From positions 1 to 64,000 of the forward strand of contig CAXHJY010001531.1 of NCBI GenBank assembly GCA_964016885.1: a DNA stretch of 64,000 nucleotides, given 5' to 3'. Of this stretch, positions 29,830 through 43,710 are shown in pieces. The notes under the pieces were generated by a model, which saw only the letters and a list, made by a program, of their open reading frames with translations, was not told the DNA's origin and did not search any database. The DNA comes from Eledone cirrhosa. Taxonomy: Eukaryota. Position numbers and translations under genes: made by a program. Positions within the stretch are counted from its first letter, which is position 1. Every line of letters begins with the position of its first letter.

Positions 29830-30145
29830 TGGCTTACTGGTTAGAGTGTTGGGCTTGCAATTGAGAGGTTGCGAGTTTGATTCTTGGACCGGGTGATGCG
29901 TTGTATCCTTGAGCAAGACACTATTTTACATTGCAACTCATTTCTACAGCTGAGTGAACTGGAGCAATGTCACTGGTGCCAAGCTGTATCAGCCATTGCT
30001 TTTCCCTTGGACAACATTGGTGGCATGGAGAGGAGAGACTGGTATGCATGGGTGACAGCTAGTCTTCCACAGACAAGCCAGGCTTCTTCCTCAGAGGGAA
30101 TCTTTCTAGATGCAAAACCATGGTCATTTGTGTCCAATGGGGGCC
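29830..30145 (+). mobile_element. tRNA-derived SINE family B
   Basis: Homologous to the reverse complement of 27960-28272. Confidence 0.75.
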
Positions 30146-30240
30146 TCTATTTCACTAGTAATTATTTTAGCAGCTCGGGGAGGATGCCAGGCCAAATGTA
30201 AAGGGAAGTAACTTAACATTACAAGACATTATTTCTTGAT

Positions 30241-30432
30241 GGGCGGTGGATTGGCAGTATCGGTAGAGGGTCAGACGCCATGCTTTAACGCATTGAGTTA
30301 TGGCCCCTGCCATTCTGAGTTCAAATCCCGCCGAGGTTAACGTTGCCTTTCATCCTTATGGGGTCGATAAAATAAAGTACCAGTAATGCACTGGGGTAAT
30401 AGCTGGCCTTGTGCCAAAAATAGAAACAATTA
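30241..30432 (+). mobile_element. SINE family A (MetaSINE-like core)
   Basis: TGGCAGTATCGG A box, GAGTTCAAATCC B box, GCCTTTCATCCTT..GGGGTCGATAAAAT core. Confidence 0.85.
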
Positions 30433-30806
30433 TTTCTTGATGCTCTACTGATTCTGATAGTACTCTGGTCATTCTGCATGACAAATGTAGAAAAGGATTT
30501 GAATGAGTGATTTGATTTTATTCTCGTCAGAAACAACATAACCCATGGATTGATCGCCTGTTAATATCATAATATCAATGAATTGGCAGAGTTTTCTGTT
30601 ATATATTTGTGTATGTGTGTGCATGCGCTAATTTTAGGTATAATTGTCATTATACCATCTTCAAGTGTGTATATTTATTTACATATTATTTGTCATGCAT
30701 ATATATGAACAAAATACTAGCTGTTTCTCACTTTATATATCCTGTTATATATCCTTTAAACGCATGCATGCATCCATGCATGTATACATACATAAATACA
30801 TACATG

Positions 30807-31140
30807 CATGATGGCTTCAAACTCTGCTAAGAGTATTGCAATCACTTGTCAGATTATAGAGTTTGGTGTACTTTTAGGCTACGGCCAGCCACACGAACCT
30901 GTATCATGTCCTGAACAAGCAATGCCTGTGCTTTGAAGGTTTTTTTTAAGAGGGGAAAGGCCTTGCACTCGACCAATCCCACTCTCTGAGCATCGAAAAC
31001 ACTACCTGAAAAGGAGAACTGGTCAACATCATCAGAGGCTTCCGAGTTTCCCTCTCCTAGAAAGTGTTGTGACAATAATTGGGGGCCTTTCATTCCCAGG
31101 TGTAAAAAAAAAAAAAGTATTATTTGGATGGCCGTTGTCT
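30807..31140 (-). repeat. Dispersed repeat family X
   Basis: Homologous to 19700-19975 and 40240-40640. Confidence 0.6.
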
Positions 31141-32189
31141 CTGCTGAGTTCCTCCGCCTATACATACATACACAGAGGCATTCTGTCATACAAAACTTGC
31201 CAAACAAAGGGTTGGGATGATGCTTCAGTTGTGTTAAAGACATGATAACCTCCCTAGTGTTGTTGATACAGTAAATGTACCTTGTATACTCTGTAAAGTG
31301 GTTGATAATAGGAAGGGCATCCAGCCACTGAAAACCTGTAAAAGGGTCTGGATGACTCTTCAGTTGTGTCAAAGGCATGACGGCCTTCCTAGATCTGTTG
31401 CCATGATAAAATGAATTTGATAGAGCACAGGAACATATGTATGTGGGATGCAGGCTCCCAGCCACAGTTTAGAGGATCACTTTTCCCCTTATTCAGAGGG
31501 ATGAGAATACTTGACTCCCAACCCACTAGAACACAGTCTTCTGTCACCATCAACTTATAGATCTCTATCATTCTCTTCACACCCAAACTTTCTACTCTCT
31601 TTAAAATATCTCCAAAAATTCCTGTTAATTAAGGTAGTAGAAATGTATTAGAGAAGAAGAATATAAGGAAAAAAGTGAAGATTGATGACATGCAGTTTGG
31701 ATTAGTGCCAGAGAAAGGAAAATCTAATGCAATTTTTATTGGGTGTCAGTTTCAGAAGAACAGGGACAAGAGGCACAATTTGTTTTGGGGGTTTGTTGAT
31801 CTGGTGAAAGATTTTGATAGGATCTATAGGAAGTGGTGAGATAGGCATTGAGAAAACAGAGTGGAGGAATGGTTGACTAGAGTAGTGATGATAATGTATG
31901 AGAAAGCATGTACAGTAAGGTGTTCCATTTTGTAAACTATTTGCCAATCATCTCATGTTGAGTAAGCCCATGTTCGAGTTCATGAAATAACGAAGTATGC
32001 CAAATTATAGGTCAATCAAATAATGTTTAGAGGTTGCACACTTTCACATCTTTTTATTTATCTGGCCTGTAGTATATTGTCCTTTCTGTTCACTTTATTG
32101 AATCCAATGAGAAAACCACACGACAGAATGAAATGAAATGAAAATAAGCAGAAGGAATACATTCTAAAAACACAATATTGGGAGAAATA

Positions 32190-32340
32190 ATAATTGTTTC
32201 TACGTTAGGCACAAGGCCAGCAATTATCCAGTGTATTACTGGTACTTTATTTTATCGACCCCGTAAGGATGAAAGGCAAAGTTAACCTCTGCGGGATTTG
32301 AACTCAGAATGGCAAGGGCCGTAACTATGCGTCAAAGCAT
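32190..32340 (-). mobile_element. SINE family A
   Basis: Reverse complement of the 30241-30432 type. Confidence 0.83.
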
Positions 32341-33807
32341 AATAAGAGAGAAATATATTTTACGAATGAAATTTATAATCGGAAATGGTCTCCTTCGACC
32401 TCTGGGGCACTTGTTTCTTTGTTCTGCAACAATTTTTAGGAGGAATTGTTTCTGATTTTCATCCATCATAGAATCATTAAACCTCTTTATGAGATAAATA
32501 CCTCACTCAGCAGTATGATTCATAACTTTCAGACATCAACTGATGTTTTGATATTGCCGTCAGTTTATTTTATATCTCAAATTATCAAAACTTAACGAGA
32601 ATTTCAAAACCGCACAATCTAAACATAATGTGTTGATTACCTGCCTCGGCTTATAAACAGGGCTTCGATTTTTGCCCCTTTCTCCAACATGAAATAGGGT
32701 ATCGGCTTATATTTGGATCGGCTTATATTAAAGTATATATGGTATTTCACGTATATTGTTTAATTCCCATTCAATTTATTGTAGATTTTACTTGGGCCGA
32801 AACCTGTATAAGGCAGTTCTGCCATACCATATACAACAAATATTTTAGTAACGGAATTCTTTTTTTTTTCTAATTAAATTTATTAAGCATACAGAAAGAG
32901 AGCAACATTGGAAAGGACTATAAATGCAATAAATGAGAGAAAAAGGAGGGGAAGAACAAGGACTACTAGTCAAAGGAGGAAAGAAAGGGGGAAGGGGTGA
33001 GGGTGGCAGAATCTAAACCTAGATCAGAGCTGTTTTGGATGACAACAAATTCAACTCTTATTTATAGCCATCACCTCTTGTTTTATTTATTCCTATTTTT
33101 GATATTCAGTGTAAATGAAAAACCTTACAAACAATGCTACACATTTTTCCAGAAGCATAAACAAGAAAACTGCATGAATTTCCAACTCTTATTCATGCAA
33201 TATAAAATTGAATATAATAATCAGTCTTATCAGTTGTAACCAAGCAACAGATAAAGTTTGTATTGAGGTATATTTATGGCAATACCAAAGCTTAATTTTA
33301 CTAGAAACTACAGCCTTTGAATTAGAAAGGTATTTCTGAGTCAGATGGTATCAAAGGAATTTTGGGTATAAATGCATATTTTCAAATAGAACAATCAGAA
33401 TAGTCACTTAAATAATATGAAACATTAAACATTTTGATCACTAAACACATTTTAATCACCATTACATAGCCAAGGCTGATCCAGATTCCTTAGTAGAATG
33501 ATAGATCTTACTTTTAACAGAAGTTAGGCTATTAAAAAGCCAGGACAACCCAAATAAATTAAGAATTTAACCCTTTAGCATTTACATTACTCTATAGCCT
33601 CTGAACAGTCTAGAACTAGATTTATAACATTATGTATCTCCAGAAATGCATTTCAATAACTCATTGTTTATGCTGTTAACAGTTATATTTTTGGTGAAAT
33701 TGCCCTTTCTTATAAACATCTGTACTTTTGTTGGTGGTCTGAAAAATTGGCAACACTCTTGCCAAGTGACAGATGAAACTGATGTAGTAATTAGAGATGG
33801 GTATAAT

Positions 33808-34307
33808 TACTCTATATACTTGCATATAAGCTGCTCTGAATATAAGTTAACCCCCTATTATATGTCTGAGAAATAGGCAAAAATCCAAAACCTGTGTATA
33901 AGCCAAGGCATCTAATCAACATATGTTTAGATGGTACAATTTTGAAATTCTCTTGAGTGTAGAATATATTTATGAAGCTGTAATATTTTGATATCTAAAA
34001 TGTTTTAAATGTCAGAGTATAGTTTTTGATTCAGAACTCCATTACGCACTGATTATTGTACCAATTACTGACTATTTTGAAGGCCATATTCATTCAAAGC
34101 ATGTCAAAAATAAATTTCATGGCAAAAGTGAAACCGGTGTAATATTCACTTCCAAAGTGAAAATATTTTAGTACTTCCTGTACCTAGAATTTTGAAGTTG
34201 GTAAAAATTGATAAAATATTGACCTGAAATATAAATCTACTTCCCATTTTACCATCAATTCTTTTTTTGTCACATATTTCTCAGATTATATATGAGTATA
34301 TATGGTA
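33808..34307. mobile_element. Tc1/pogo-type MITE
   Basis: Imperfect TIRs TACTCTATATACTTGCATATAA / TTATATATGAGTATATATGGTA; related end at 32720-32744; internal segment repeated at 36830-37070. Confidence 0.55.
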
Positions 34308-34677
34308 TTTTTTATTAAAAAGTACCCCATTTACTCTAACCTGCAATATATATTTTGAACAAATTTTTCAAACAAATCCTCTCCGAAAAGAGTAACTCTC
34401 ATATTTTTAGGTTCCTTTTGGTCTCATGTCTTCATAATTAAGATGAATACAAGAAAGCTATTAGATTATCGGCTTTAGTGCTCATTGGAACTACAGGCAA
34501 AATCTAGTGAAAACTGATTTACAGTACTGTAGCAATTTAACCCATTGATATTTCCGTATTTCTGAAATCATCCAAACTTCGATTGAAAGCTTTCAAAGCG
34601 TTTTTGTTTTTTGTTTTTTGCTGTAGTGCACTCATCCAAAACAATGGGGTGACACCTCTTTAATATTTATGATATTA

Positions 34678-34897
34678 GGGTGGTGGATTGGCAGTATTGG
34701 TAGAGCGTCAGATAACATTCTTTATGGCATACGGTTACGCCCCTTCATGATCTGAGTTCAAATCCTGCTGAGGTTAACTTTGCCTTTCATCCTCACAGGG
34801 CCAATAAAATAAAGTACCAGTAATGCACTGGGGTCGATTTAATCAACTTTTCCCCTCCCCATAAATTGTTAGTCTTGAGCCTAAATCAGAAACCAAT
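34678..34897 (+). mobile_element. SINE family A
   Basis: A/B boxes and core. Confidence 0.83.
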
Positions 34898-37467
34898 ATT
34901 TGTGATATTCTAAATGCTTTGCTATTAACAAACTGGTGTAACATTGTTGACTAAATCCAAGCCAAAATTAAAAATATAATAGGTTGTTCAACTTCCGGGA
35001 ATAAATCAGCAGCAATACATGAAAAAGTAGAAGTCAAATTTTGTTATTTTTCTGTTGTTGCACTTCAAGTAGTAGCTTAATAAAAAATGTTTTACTAAGA
35101 GCATCAAGAAGAAATAAGTCCTCTTCTTTGATAAGAAAATATCCTGTCAAGTATGTCATTTGGGTCCATTTTTCAGTAACATGTTTCGACAGGTTTTCAG
35201 TGTTATAGGAAATATTTTTAATAGTTCTGTCATTAAACCATTAACATGTAAAACTCACAAGTTTCCATGCTTGTCAGGTATTTTGCACACAGAGCTCAGG
35301 GATGATATAACTTTTTCAGATGCATAATCATGATTAAGATGATAATTAAACACACTACTCAACCATTACAGCTGTCCACAATTTTATCACTAAATTTTCT
35401 CTGCATGTCTTTTTGTAATCTTATTTTCCAGTATTTTTTACTCTCTTGTGCAATCTTTTTTTTCTATCATTCTCTCTATTTTTTCTTGGGATGGGGAGGG
35501 GAGCTTATTGCTTTGTCTTTTTTATGTGATTTAAACCATGTCAAAGCAGCTTTTTTTTAAATCTTCAACTGGGGCTCATCTTGCATACATTTTGTTAGCA
35601 CTCCGATACAGGTTTGTACACTAATACGTTCAAACTATATCTCATTGACTGAGTTTGTGGACAACCAAGTATATAGTGAATATATTTTCCTATAACCTTG
35701 TTATTATGGACTAGTTTTTCTCCCAGTTCACTGAACAACCTGAAATATGAGTAAATGGTATTTTCATTATTCTATTGCCTCTGTATTTCTTTGCAATTCT
35801 GTCATTTTTACTTTTCAACTGGTTGAATCTAAACCGACTATAAATTCAAGAATTTATTTTGAATTTGCTGCTATTAGCACAGTCCCTTCGCGAACATCAA
35901 GTCATTCTTCCAGGTATGACATCACTATTTGCTGCCGATTACCTTAGCTATTATGGTAGTAATTTCTGGGCACGCCAACTGGATAAACAGCTTCACACTC
36001 TCTCACCATAATTAGTTATATCTACTGAAGAAGTGATGCAGAATTGGTTTGCATTGCTCAATGCAGCCACTGTGAATTGCAAATTGCACTTGTTAAATCA
36101 GTCTGCATTCACAGAAATGTCAAGGTCTAGGACAGCCATGTATGACCCCATATTACAAATATACATTTTGTTAGCACTCCAACACAGGTTTGCATGATAA
36201 TACATTCAAACCTTATCTCATTGACTTTTATATATATATATACTGTGTGTGTGTGTGTGTGTGAGTGAGTGTGAGTGTGAGTGTGAGTGTGTGTGTGTGT
36301 GTGTGATTATAATGTAGTACTTTACTATTTTCTTTGTTAAGATGAGATGTAGAAATGTAATAAATAATAATTTCATATCTTTGACTTTCTTATAATATTG
36401 AATATATATATATATACATTCATCTTCCACATCCTAACACTCCACCCTTCACATATGACCCATCACCAGATAAGTACCCTACCCCACCCTAGATCTACCT
36501 TTCCAGTCCTCATGCACTTCCACCACCTTAGTCATCAGTTCACACTGTAAAGTAGTTGTTTTGGTGCCACAACAAAAAGCGCCCCGTCTGACACCTACAC
36601 AACCACTGTAAAGTGGTTGTGTAGGTGTCATGACAAAAAGCACCCAGCCCACACTATAAAGTGGTCATTTTGGTGCCACGATAAAAAGCACCCAGGACAC
36701 ACTGTAAATGTGATTGCTATTACGAAGGGCATCAAGCCATAGAAACCAAGCCCAAATTAGTTCTGTATGAGCAAGACATTATCACCTGATCTGACTTGTA
36801 TCACAATGGGACAACTTTATGTCATGAATTTTACCAATTTCCAAACATTTTGAACACATAAAAATATATTCACCTATAAAGTGAAACCAATGTAAAATTT
36901 ATTCACCTCCTAGTAAAACCAGTGTAATATTCACCTCCAAAGCAAAAATATTTTAGCACCTAATTTACAAAGAATTTGAAGTTGGTGAAATCAGCAATAT
37001 ATTGACCTCGAATATAAGCTAAAAGTCCCCATTTTACCATCAATTTTTTTGTCACATATTTCTTGGCTTTTACTTCAAATGCTTCTGATTGATTGGACCC
37101 AAGGGCCAGGTATTGGAATTAAACCATGTACCAGATGAAATCTACCACACAAGAACAGCAGTGGGTTCTCTGACAGGCTTCCTTGATAGACCTAAGGCCA
37201 TGGCAAAAAGCACTTGCCTAAGATATTGTACCATTTGATCAAATCTGAAACTACATATTTGCAAATCAAACTTCTTAACAACACAGTCATGTATGTAACT
37301 ATTTACAATTTACACTCATAAATCACTGCTGTATTTTCATGTTTATCACCTCCTTTAAAAATTATTTCTATTAATAACCAGTTGTTTTTGTTTGGAGAGG
37401 GTGGGATGAAGATAGGCAGAAGTATTCTAGCACTAAACAAAATGGGACTCTCAGCTGCTACTTTAGT

Positions 37468-37692
37468 TTAACCCATTAGCATTTAAACTGGCCATTTCTG
37501 GCCAGAATTCTCTCACCTCTTTCTGTTCAAACCAGCCAAAACTGGCCATACTGATGTTAAGTTGTTGTTTTCAAAATAAATAATATCAAAATCTCGTAAA
37601 TTCGGTACTATGCAAGATAATTATGTGAAATAAAGTGTTTACCATGAAAATACAATAGAAAATACAGAGTAATGTAAATGCTAAAGGGTTAA
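37468..37692. mobile_element. piggyBac-type MITE with TTAA target duplication
   Basis: TTAA-CCCATTAGCATTTA ... TAAATGCTAAAGGG-TTAA; another end at ~33567. Confidence 0.8.
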
Positions 37693-39329
37693 ACTAGAAT
37701 TATCTAAACTAAAATGATAATTATCTAATTTGAAATTTACTGAATTTTGATTTTTTTTTAAATTGTTATTTATAATCATTTTGGACAAAAAACAAAACCT
37801 GACAAAGGGCAGAAGAACTCATAAGAGTCAACAGCCATCTAAAAAAAAAAAAAAAAAAATCCTGGCAAATCAGTTCCAGCTGTACGCATCGAAAGACTGG
37901 TGTAGTGGTTCTGAGACAATGCGGCTTTGCAGATGATCAATGCAAATTGACAATGGAAAGGCGCTCTTGCTCGAGTTAGAAGAGAACTACTAACCCTCAG
38001 GAGAATTAGCGGTCCCCGATTGTATTCAGCAACACAAACAAATATGAAGTACACCAAATCAAATGTTCCTAGGAGCGGCCTTGGTTCTTCTTATTTGCGA
38101 GTGTAAACTTGGCCAGATTAGAAATCAATAAAATAAGTAACAGCCTGAAATAAGTACTAAGGTTGATCAGCTTAAATCCAGTCCCACTTCATATCCACTA
38201 ACTAAAATTAGTAAACGGAAAGGACTAAAAAAAAAAAAAAGAATACTATAATGCAAAGAGAGTTTTGCCTTAACAATACAATATGTAATACACCAGACAT
38301 TTCTGGCCTAACTCCACCAGTTGCAAAAAAGTACCATAGGATATTAAGATTGCTGCTGTAAGAAACATGGTGCATTGTACAACAGACAGGTTTTTTTAGA
38401 AAAATGCAACCCTCAAGGTGTATTTCAGAGAATGCTTAATGTAGGATCTATAGAGTATCTGTTGATTTTACAAGACAAGATATATTGAATAAAGTTATAT
38501 TGTTGTTGTTTAAGCTCAGATCAATCTGATTGAGCTGACCTATGATGAAAGGGCTATTGTTTAGCTCGAGATCAACATTGTATAGTCTGGCCTATAATCA
38601 AAGTTGTTCCAGCCATGACCATGTTGTTGCTGTTTACCTCCAGATTAGCCCTGATTGAGTTGGCTTTTGATCAAAGGTGAAAAGCTATGATCATTCGGTC
38701 TTTTTTTATGCAGAATGTATCCCCAACTACATTATCCATTATCCAATTTGTCTTTCCCTTTATTTAACTCTTTAAGTATCATATGAAACCACAATAGCAA
38801 GACATTCTTAAAATGTAAAAATTATCACTATGACTGCACCACATTAATATTCAAAGTCGTTAATGCAAATTTTCACGACAATCTGTCCATTAGTAAAGAT
38901 ACCATAAACATTTGTAGTTACCTTTCTCCTTTGCCCTCATAGCAGTTTACAATGATACTTCTGCACCAGTTATTGGGTATGACACCATCTTGTACTATTT
39001 GATTGATTATGTGCCTGACTAACTTGTAACCTACCATGCCAGATCATCCAACTGCCTTCCCTACTTTCATATTCTTAATTGCTTAGTATATCACACTGTT
39101 GTAAACTTTTACAGCTTATCCCTCAGTTGGACGGATCTACATGAAGTAAGCCCTCATGCTCCCTTTTATTCTCTGAAAACCTACCTTCCTAATTGCATAA
39201 TACGAAATGAAACAAACGTAGATGACACACTAGTCTGCACCAATCTTCTTTTCACTCCTCCCCATTCACTTATCCCAGTTTTAATACCCTGCCCCCACCT
39301 GCTAAATATTCCATGCACATCGTTGATGT

Positions 39330-39835
39330 TTAACTTGCCTAATTGTCTCCCCTCCAAACCCTCACCCCTGATACACATCAGCCCAACCCACACATACGAG
39401 CAAGAAACCTGGACATGCTCTATATCTGATCTCACACAATGATGTTGATATGGAAAAAAAGGCACTAAATCCACCTTGTATGCTGATCCGGTGCCACAAC
39501 AACCAAAACACCTAGATCATACTGCAAGGTGGTTGTGTTGGTGACACGAGAAAAAGCACCTTGTCCACACTGTAAGGTGGTAGTTTTGGTGACACAACAA
39601 AAAGTTCCTAGTTCACCCTGTTTAAGTGGTCGTTTCAGTGCCACAAAAAAAGAGCAGTCAGTCCATACTATAGCATGGCTGGTGTTACAATGGGTATCCA
39701 GTAGTAGAAACCAACAAAGATACAGATTTGTATGAGCATGCTGGTCTGAGAAAGATTTCTTTCATAAGGTGACAACCCATCTAACCCATGCAAGTGTGAA
39801 AAAAAATGTATGTTAAATTAGGATAATGATGATGT
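39330..39835 (+). mobile_element. Decayed RTE-type 3' end
   Basis: Repeated CACTGTAAGGTGGT..GTG.CAC.A.AAAAGCA units and GATGAT tail; similar copy at 36530-36815. Confidence 0.6.
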
Positions 39836-40059
39836 TACTATATATCTGTCACACAAAAAGTCACCTTCTCTGTGAACCTACCTGTAATTCAACTACACAT
39901 GGGTACAAACCTAGTGGTATAAATATCAAAACCAATTCTAGTAAGATTAAAAAATGAATATAGAAGGACAACACTAATGATTATTAGACATTTAGTCTAG
40001 TGCTCTGTAGTTTCTGCCTCTCATTAGTGTGTGTGTGTGTATATATATATGTATATACT

Positions 40060-40640
40060 GCAGTATATATGTCGGGTCACTCTTCAGTGCTACTGGTAAC
40101 ATGTAACCCAGTACAACCTGTCATATGGTCGGGTCGTCGGCAACTAAACCGGCAATCCCACCAAGTTTACTTGGTGAGGAGGGTGATTTTGGACACCCTG
40201 CAGGACAAAAAACAAAACTTGACAAAGGGCGGAAGAACTCATAAGAGTCAACGGCCATCCAAAAGTGTGTAAATATGTATATACACATGTACATATGTAT
40301 GTATATGCGCAAGGACATAGAAATAGTCGGGCTGGACACCCGATCGCGTGGTTAAACCACTTGGAGTGACGGACCCTAGCCTTTGTCAGGGCATTCTTCT
40401 AGAAGGCAACTCAGGAAACTGGGATAACTCCGATATAAAACATGCGGCTCAGTAGTTACCGATGATGTTGATCTTTTCTTCTTTTTGTGTTATAGCTACT
40501 GTCGCTCAATGCACAGTCTTTCCTCACTTTAAAAAATATCTTCACACACAGGCATTGCACGATAGAATTAATTAATAATTTTTAATAATGGTATATCGTG
40601 CAATGGGCATACTCGATAACGAGGGGGGCAGCCATCATAT
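40060..40640 (+). repeat. Longest copy of repeat family X
   Basis: 5' part shared with 37782-37840; 3' part shared with 19700-19975 and 30807-31140. Confidence 0.6.
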
Positions 40641-40644
40641 ACTG

Positions 40645-40889
40645 CAGTACAGATTTGGTATAAATATCCAAGGGTAAGAGCATTCAGTCTATAGGATGAG
40701 TTAAGTATAATTAGTTACAACAGTTATATATACAGGTACTTAAGTTTGTTGGGTTATACACCCCAACTCATTCAGTCTGTTATATAAGTCATCTTTGTTT
40801 ATATAATAAACTGAATGAGTGAATGAGTTAGGGTGTATAACCTAACGAAACTTAAGTACCTGCATATGTCACTGTGGTAACTAATTATA
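40645..40889. mobile_element. Diverged PLE-derived inverted repeat E10 (arms ~40706-40776 / 40811-40889, tail on left arm)
   Basis: Inverted arms with hammerhead-like CTGAATGA-gttagg/cctaac-GAAA-cttaag-TA. Confidence 0.65.
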
Positions 40890-40929
40890 TATATATATAT
40901 ATTTAATGTATAATAAACAACACAGTATA

Positions 40930-41005
40930 ATTACTCCATTACCCAAGGTTTCTCGAATAGGACGAACACAAGAGACGTCCACATTCGTTTGTCAGATGAA
41001 GCAAT
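40930..41005 (-). ncRNA. Hammerhead-like motif (inverted copy, E11)
   Basis: Reverse complement of 43380-43455. Confidence 0.6.
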
Positions 41006-41019
41006 ATATATATACTATA

Positions 41020-41116
<97 letters not shown>

Positions 41117-41161
41117 CTATATATATATATATATATATGTGTCTATATATATATATATATA

Positions 41162-41220
<59 letters not shown>

Positions 41221-41261
41221 CTATATATATATATGTCTATATATATATATATATATATATA

Positions 41262-41302
<41 letters not shown>

Positions 41303-41315
41303 CTATATATATATA

Positions 41316-41376
<61 letters not shown>

Positions 41377-41395
41377 GTGTCTATATATATATAAA

Positions 41396-41434
<39 letters not shown>

Positions 41435-41480
41435 CTATATATATATATATATATATATGTGTCTATATATATATATATAT

Positions 41481-43348
41481 AACGTTGAATAACTTTGAAT
41501 AACTTTGAAATGTTTTGGCCAGTATTGGCCCAGGCCATGTCTAACTTAATAGCACCACCTGGCGAAGTCTTTCAATTCAGGATTTGGGCACCATGGCCCA
41601 TTCGAGAAGAGAATTACTGTTTGCGGAGACATATCCGGGTGTGGGTGGTTTGTCCGGGATTACTTGGAGGAATTTGTCCAAAGACTTCTTGAATTTTGTG
41701 TGGTCAGTTTCTGTTTTGACGTGTCCTGGTGTGATGTTGAAGAGAGCAGGGCCGATTGAGGTGAAATAATTGTGCCGTATTGTTGTTATGAGTTGCGATT
41801 TAGATTTTTGAATGGGACGGATAGCACGGGGCCCAAGCCTTGGGTGTATCTTGAAGGCGATGCCAACATCATTTGGGCAGTGATGATGGAACATTTTCCA
41901 CATCATGCAGATAATATAACGCTCACGGCGACGTTGGAGTGAGTAAAGTTTCAGGTTTTCCAATCGACCCCAGTAGTCAAGGTCTGACATGCCATCTATC
42001 TTTTTCGTGATTGCCCTTTGAGGAGCTTCAAGTTTCATGATACTTTGTTTCGTGTGGGGAGACCACAGTGGACAACAGTATTCAAGGTGTGGTCGGGCGA
42101 AAGTAGAGAAGAGAAGGATAATGGTGCGGGAATCTCTCGACTGGAAGGTTCTGAGGATCCAGGAACACATTCTGCGGGCCATGTCAACTTTGCTGCTTAT
42201 ATGCGTGGTCCAGCTTATGTTGCTGTCCACGGTTACTCCCAAGTCTCTGATGTTGTTAGATGCCACGAGAGTTTCCCCGGAGGGAAGGGAGTACGGGAGT
42301 TTCAGAGCATCCTCTTTTCCAAAGTGGATCAGTTCGAATTTGTCTTCGTTCAGTAACATGTTGTTCTTTTCTGCCCATTGGGTAACAGCCAGTAGGTCTG
42401 ACTGAAGGCTTATCCGGTCATCCACGCCATTGATGACCTTTTGGAGCTTGGAATCATCAGCGAAAATTTTAATGTTGCTGTGTTTGATGATGTCAGTGAT
42501 GTCATTAATATAGATGATGAAGAGAAGTGGGCCCAACACAGTGCCTTGTGGGACTCCACTACTGACTTTGGCTGGGCTTGATTTGACTCCCTCAACTACA
42601 ACATGTTGGGTTCTGTTTGACAGGAAGCTCTTGATCCACTGCAGCAGCTTTCCAGTGACACCAATATTGGACAGCTTTCTCAGTAGAATGTTATGATCAA
42701 CCCTGTCAAAGGCCTTGCTGAAATCAAGGTAGATAACATCAGTGTTGGAACCCTCTCCCAAGGCTCTCAAAATGTCATCAAAGTGATGCAGTAGTTGCGT
42801 CAGGCAATCCCTTCCATTACGGAATCCATGCTGGTTGGAGTTCAGCATATTGTTACTCTCAAGGAAGTGGGTCATTCGCGATCTCACCACTCGCTCAAAT
42901 ACCTTAATGATATGAGAGGTGAGATTGGACGGTAATTCACGGCAAGGGATTTGTTTCCCTTTTTGAAAACTGGGACAACAGACTGGGATAGAAGGTTTTC
43001 TGGCACATATCCAGCATCCAGTGAGTTCCGCCACAGATTGGCAAGAGGAGAAGCAAGTTGGTGTTGACACGCCTTCAAGACACAAGCAGGGAACCTATCG
43101 GGACCTACTGCTGAATTATGCTTGATTTCCTTTATTGCCGCCAAGACATCAGGGGCGCCAAACGTTATGTCCGATAAGGTGTAATGGGGAGTAACATCGC
43201 CGATACAGCCCAGATCGGCCATATCAGGATTGCTGAAAACAGAGCAGTATTGTTTCTGCAGTATCTCACCCATGGTTTTAGCATTGTCTTGAAGAGTGCC
43301 ATTTTCATCAATTAGAGGGCCAACAGTAGAGCCAGTGATTTTGTGTTT
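41481..43348 (-). mobile_element. 5'-truncated CR1/L2-group LINE with (TTCAAAGTTA)n-type tail
   Basis: RT motifs NYRPIS, QHGFR, YLDFSKAFDRVDH, SGVPQGTVLGPLLF, FADD, RPHLEYCCPLWSP; short tandem tail at 41484-41510. Confidence 0.92.
41577..43348 (-). pseudogene. CR1-type ORF2 RT with one frameshift near 42915
   Basis: ORFs 42884-43396 and 41577-43085 join at the RPIS/LTSH motif. Confidence 0.9.
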
Positions 43349-43379
43349 ATATATATATAGACACATATAGTATATATAT

Positions 43380-43455
43380 ATTGCTTCATCTGACAAACGA
43401 ATGTGGACGTCTCTTGTGTTCGTCCTATTCGAGAAACCTTGGGTAATGGAGTAAT
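43380..43455 (+). ncRNA. Type I hammerhead-like motif with CTGACAA core (E11)
   Basis: attgcttcat-CTGACAA-acgaat..ggacg/cgtcc..attcga-GAAA-ccttggg-TA-atggagtaat; 10-bp helix I. Confidence 0.65.
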
Positions 43456-43477
43456 TATACTGTGTTGTTTATTATAC

Positions 43478-43481
<4 letters not shown>

Positions 43482-43521
<40 letters not shown>

Positions 43522-43659
43522 TATATATATATATATATATATATGTGTGTCTATATATATATATATATATATGTGTCTATATATATATATATATATGTGT
43601 GTCTATATATATATATATATGTGTCTATATATATATATATGTGTCTATATATATATATA

Positions 43660-43710
<51 letters not shown>

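Larger units (their letters stand above)
40904..43481. mobile_element. PLE-derived inverted repeat E11 (arms 40904-41030 / 43349-43481) split by a microsatellite and a CR1 LINE
   Basis: ~125-bp apparently identical inverted arms, each with a hammerhead-like fold. Confidence 0.8.

Noticed and set aside
30854-31465. 203-aa ORF
   Set aside because: It spans pieces of different repeats and has no domain signature.
32345-32744. Decayed pogo-like transposase N-terminus
   Set aside because: Only a faint resemblance next to one TIR-like end; too degraded to call.
40060-40100. CTGAAGA on the minus strand as a hammerhead
   Set aside because: No GAAA or helix III downstream.
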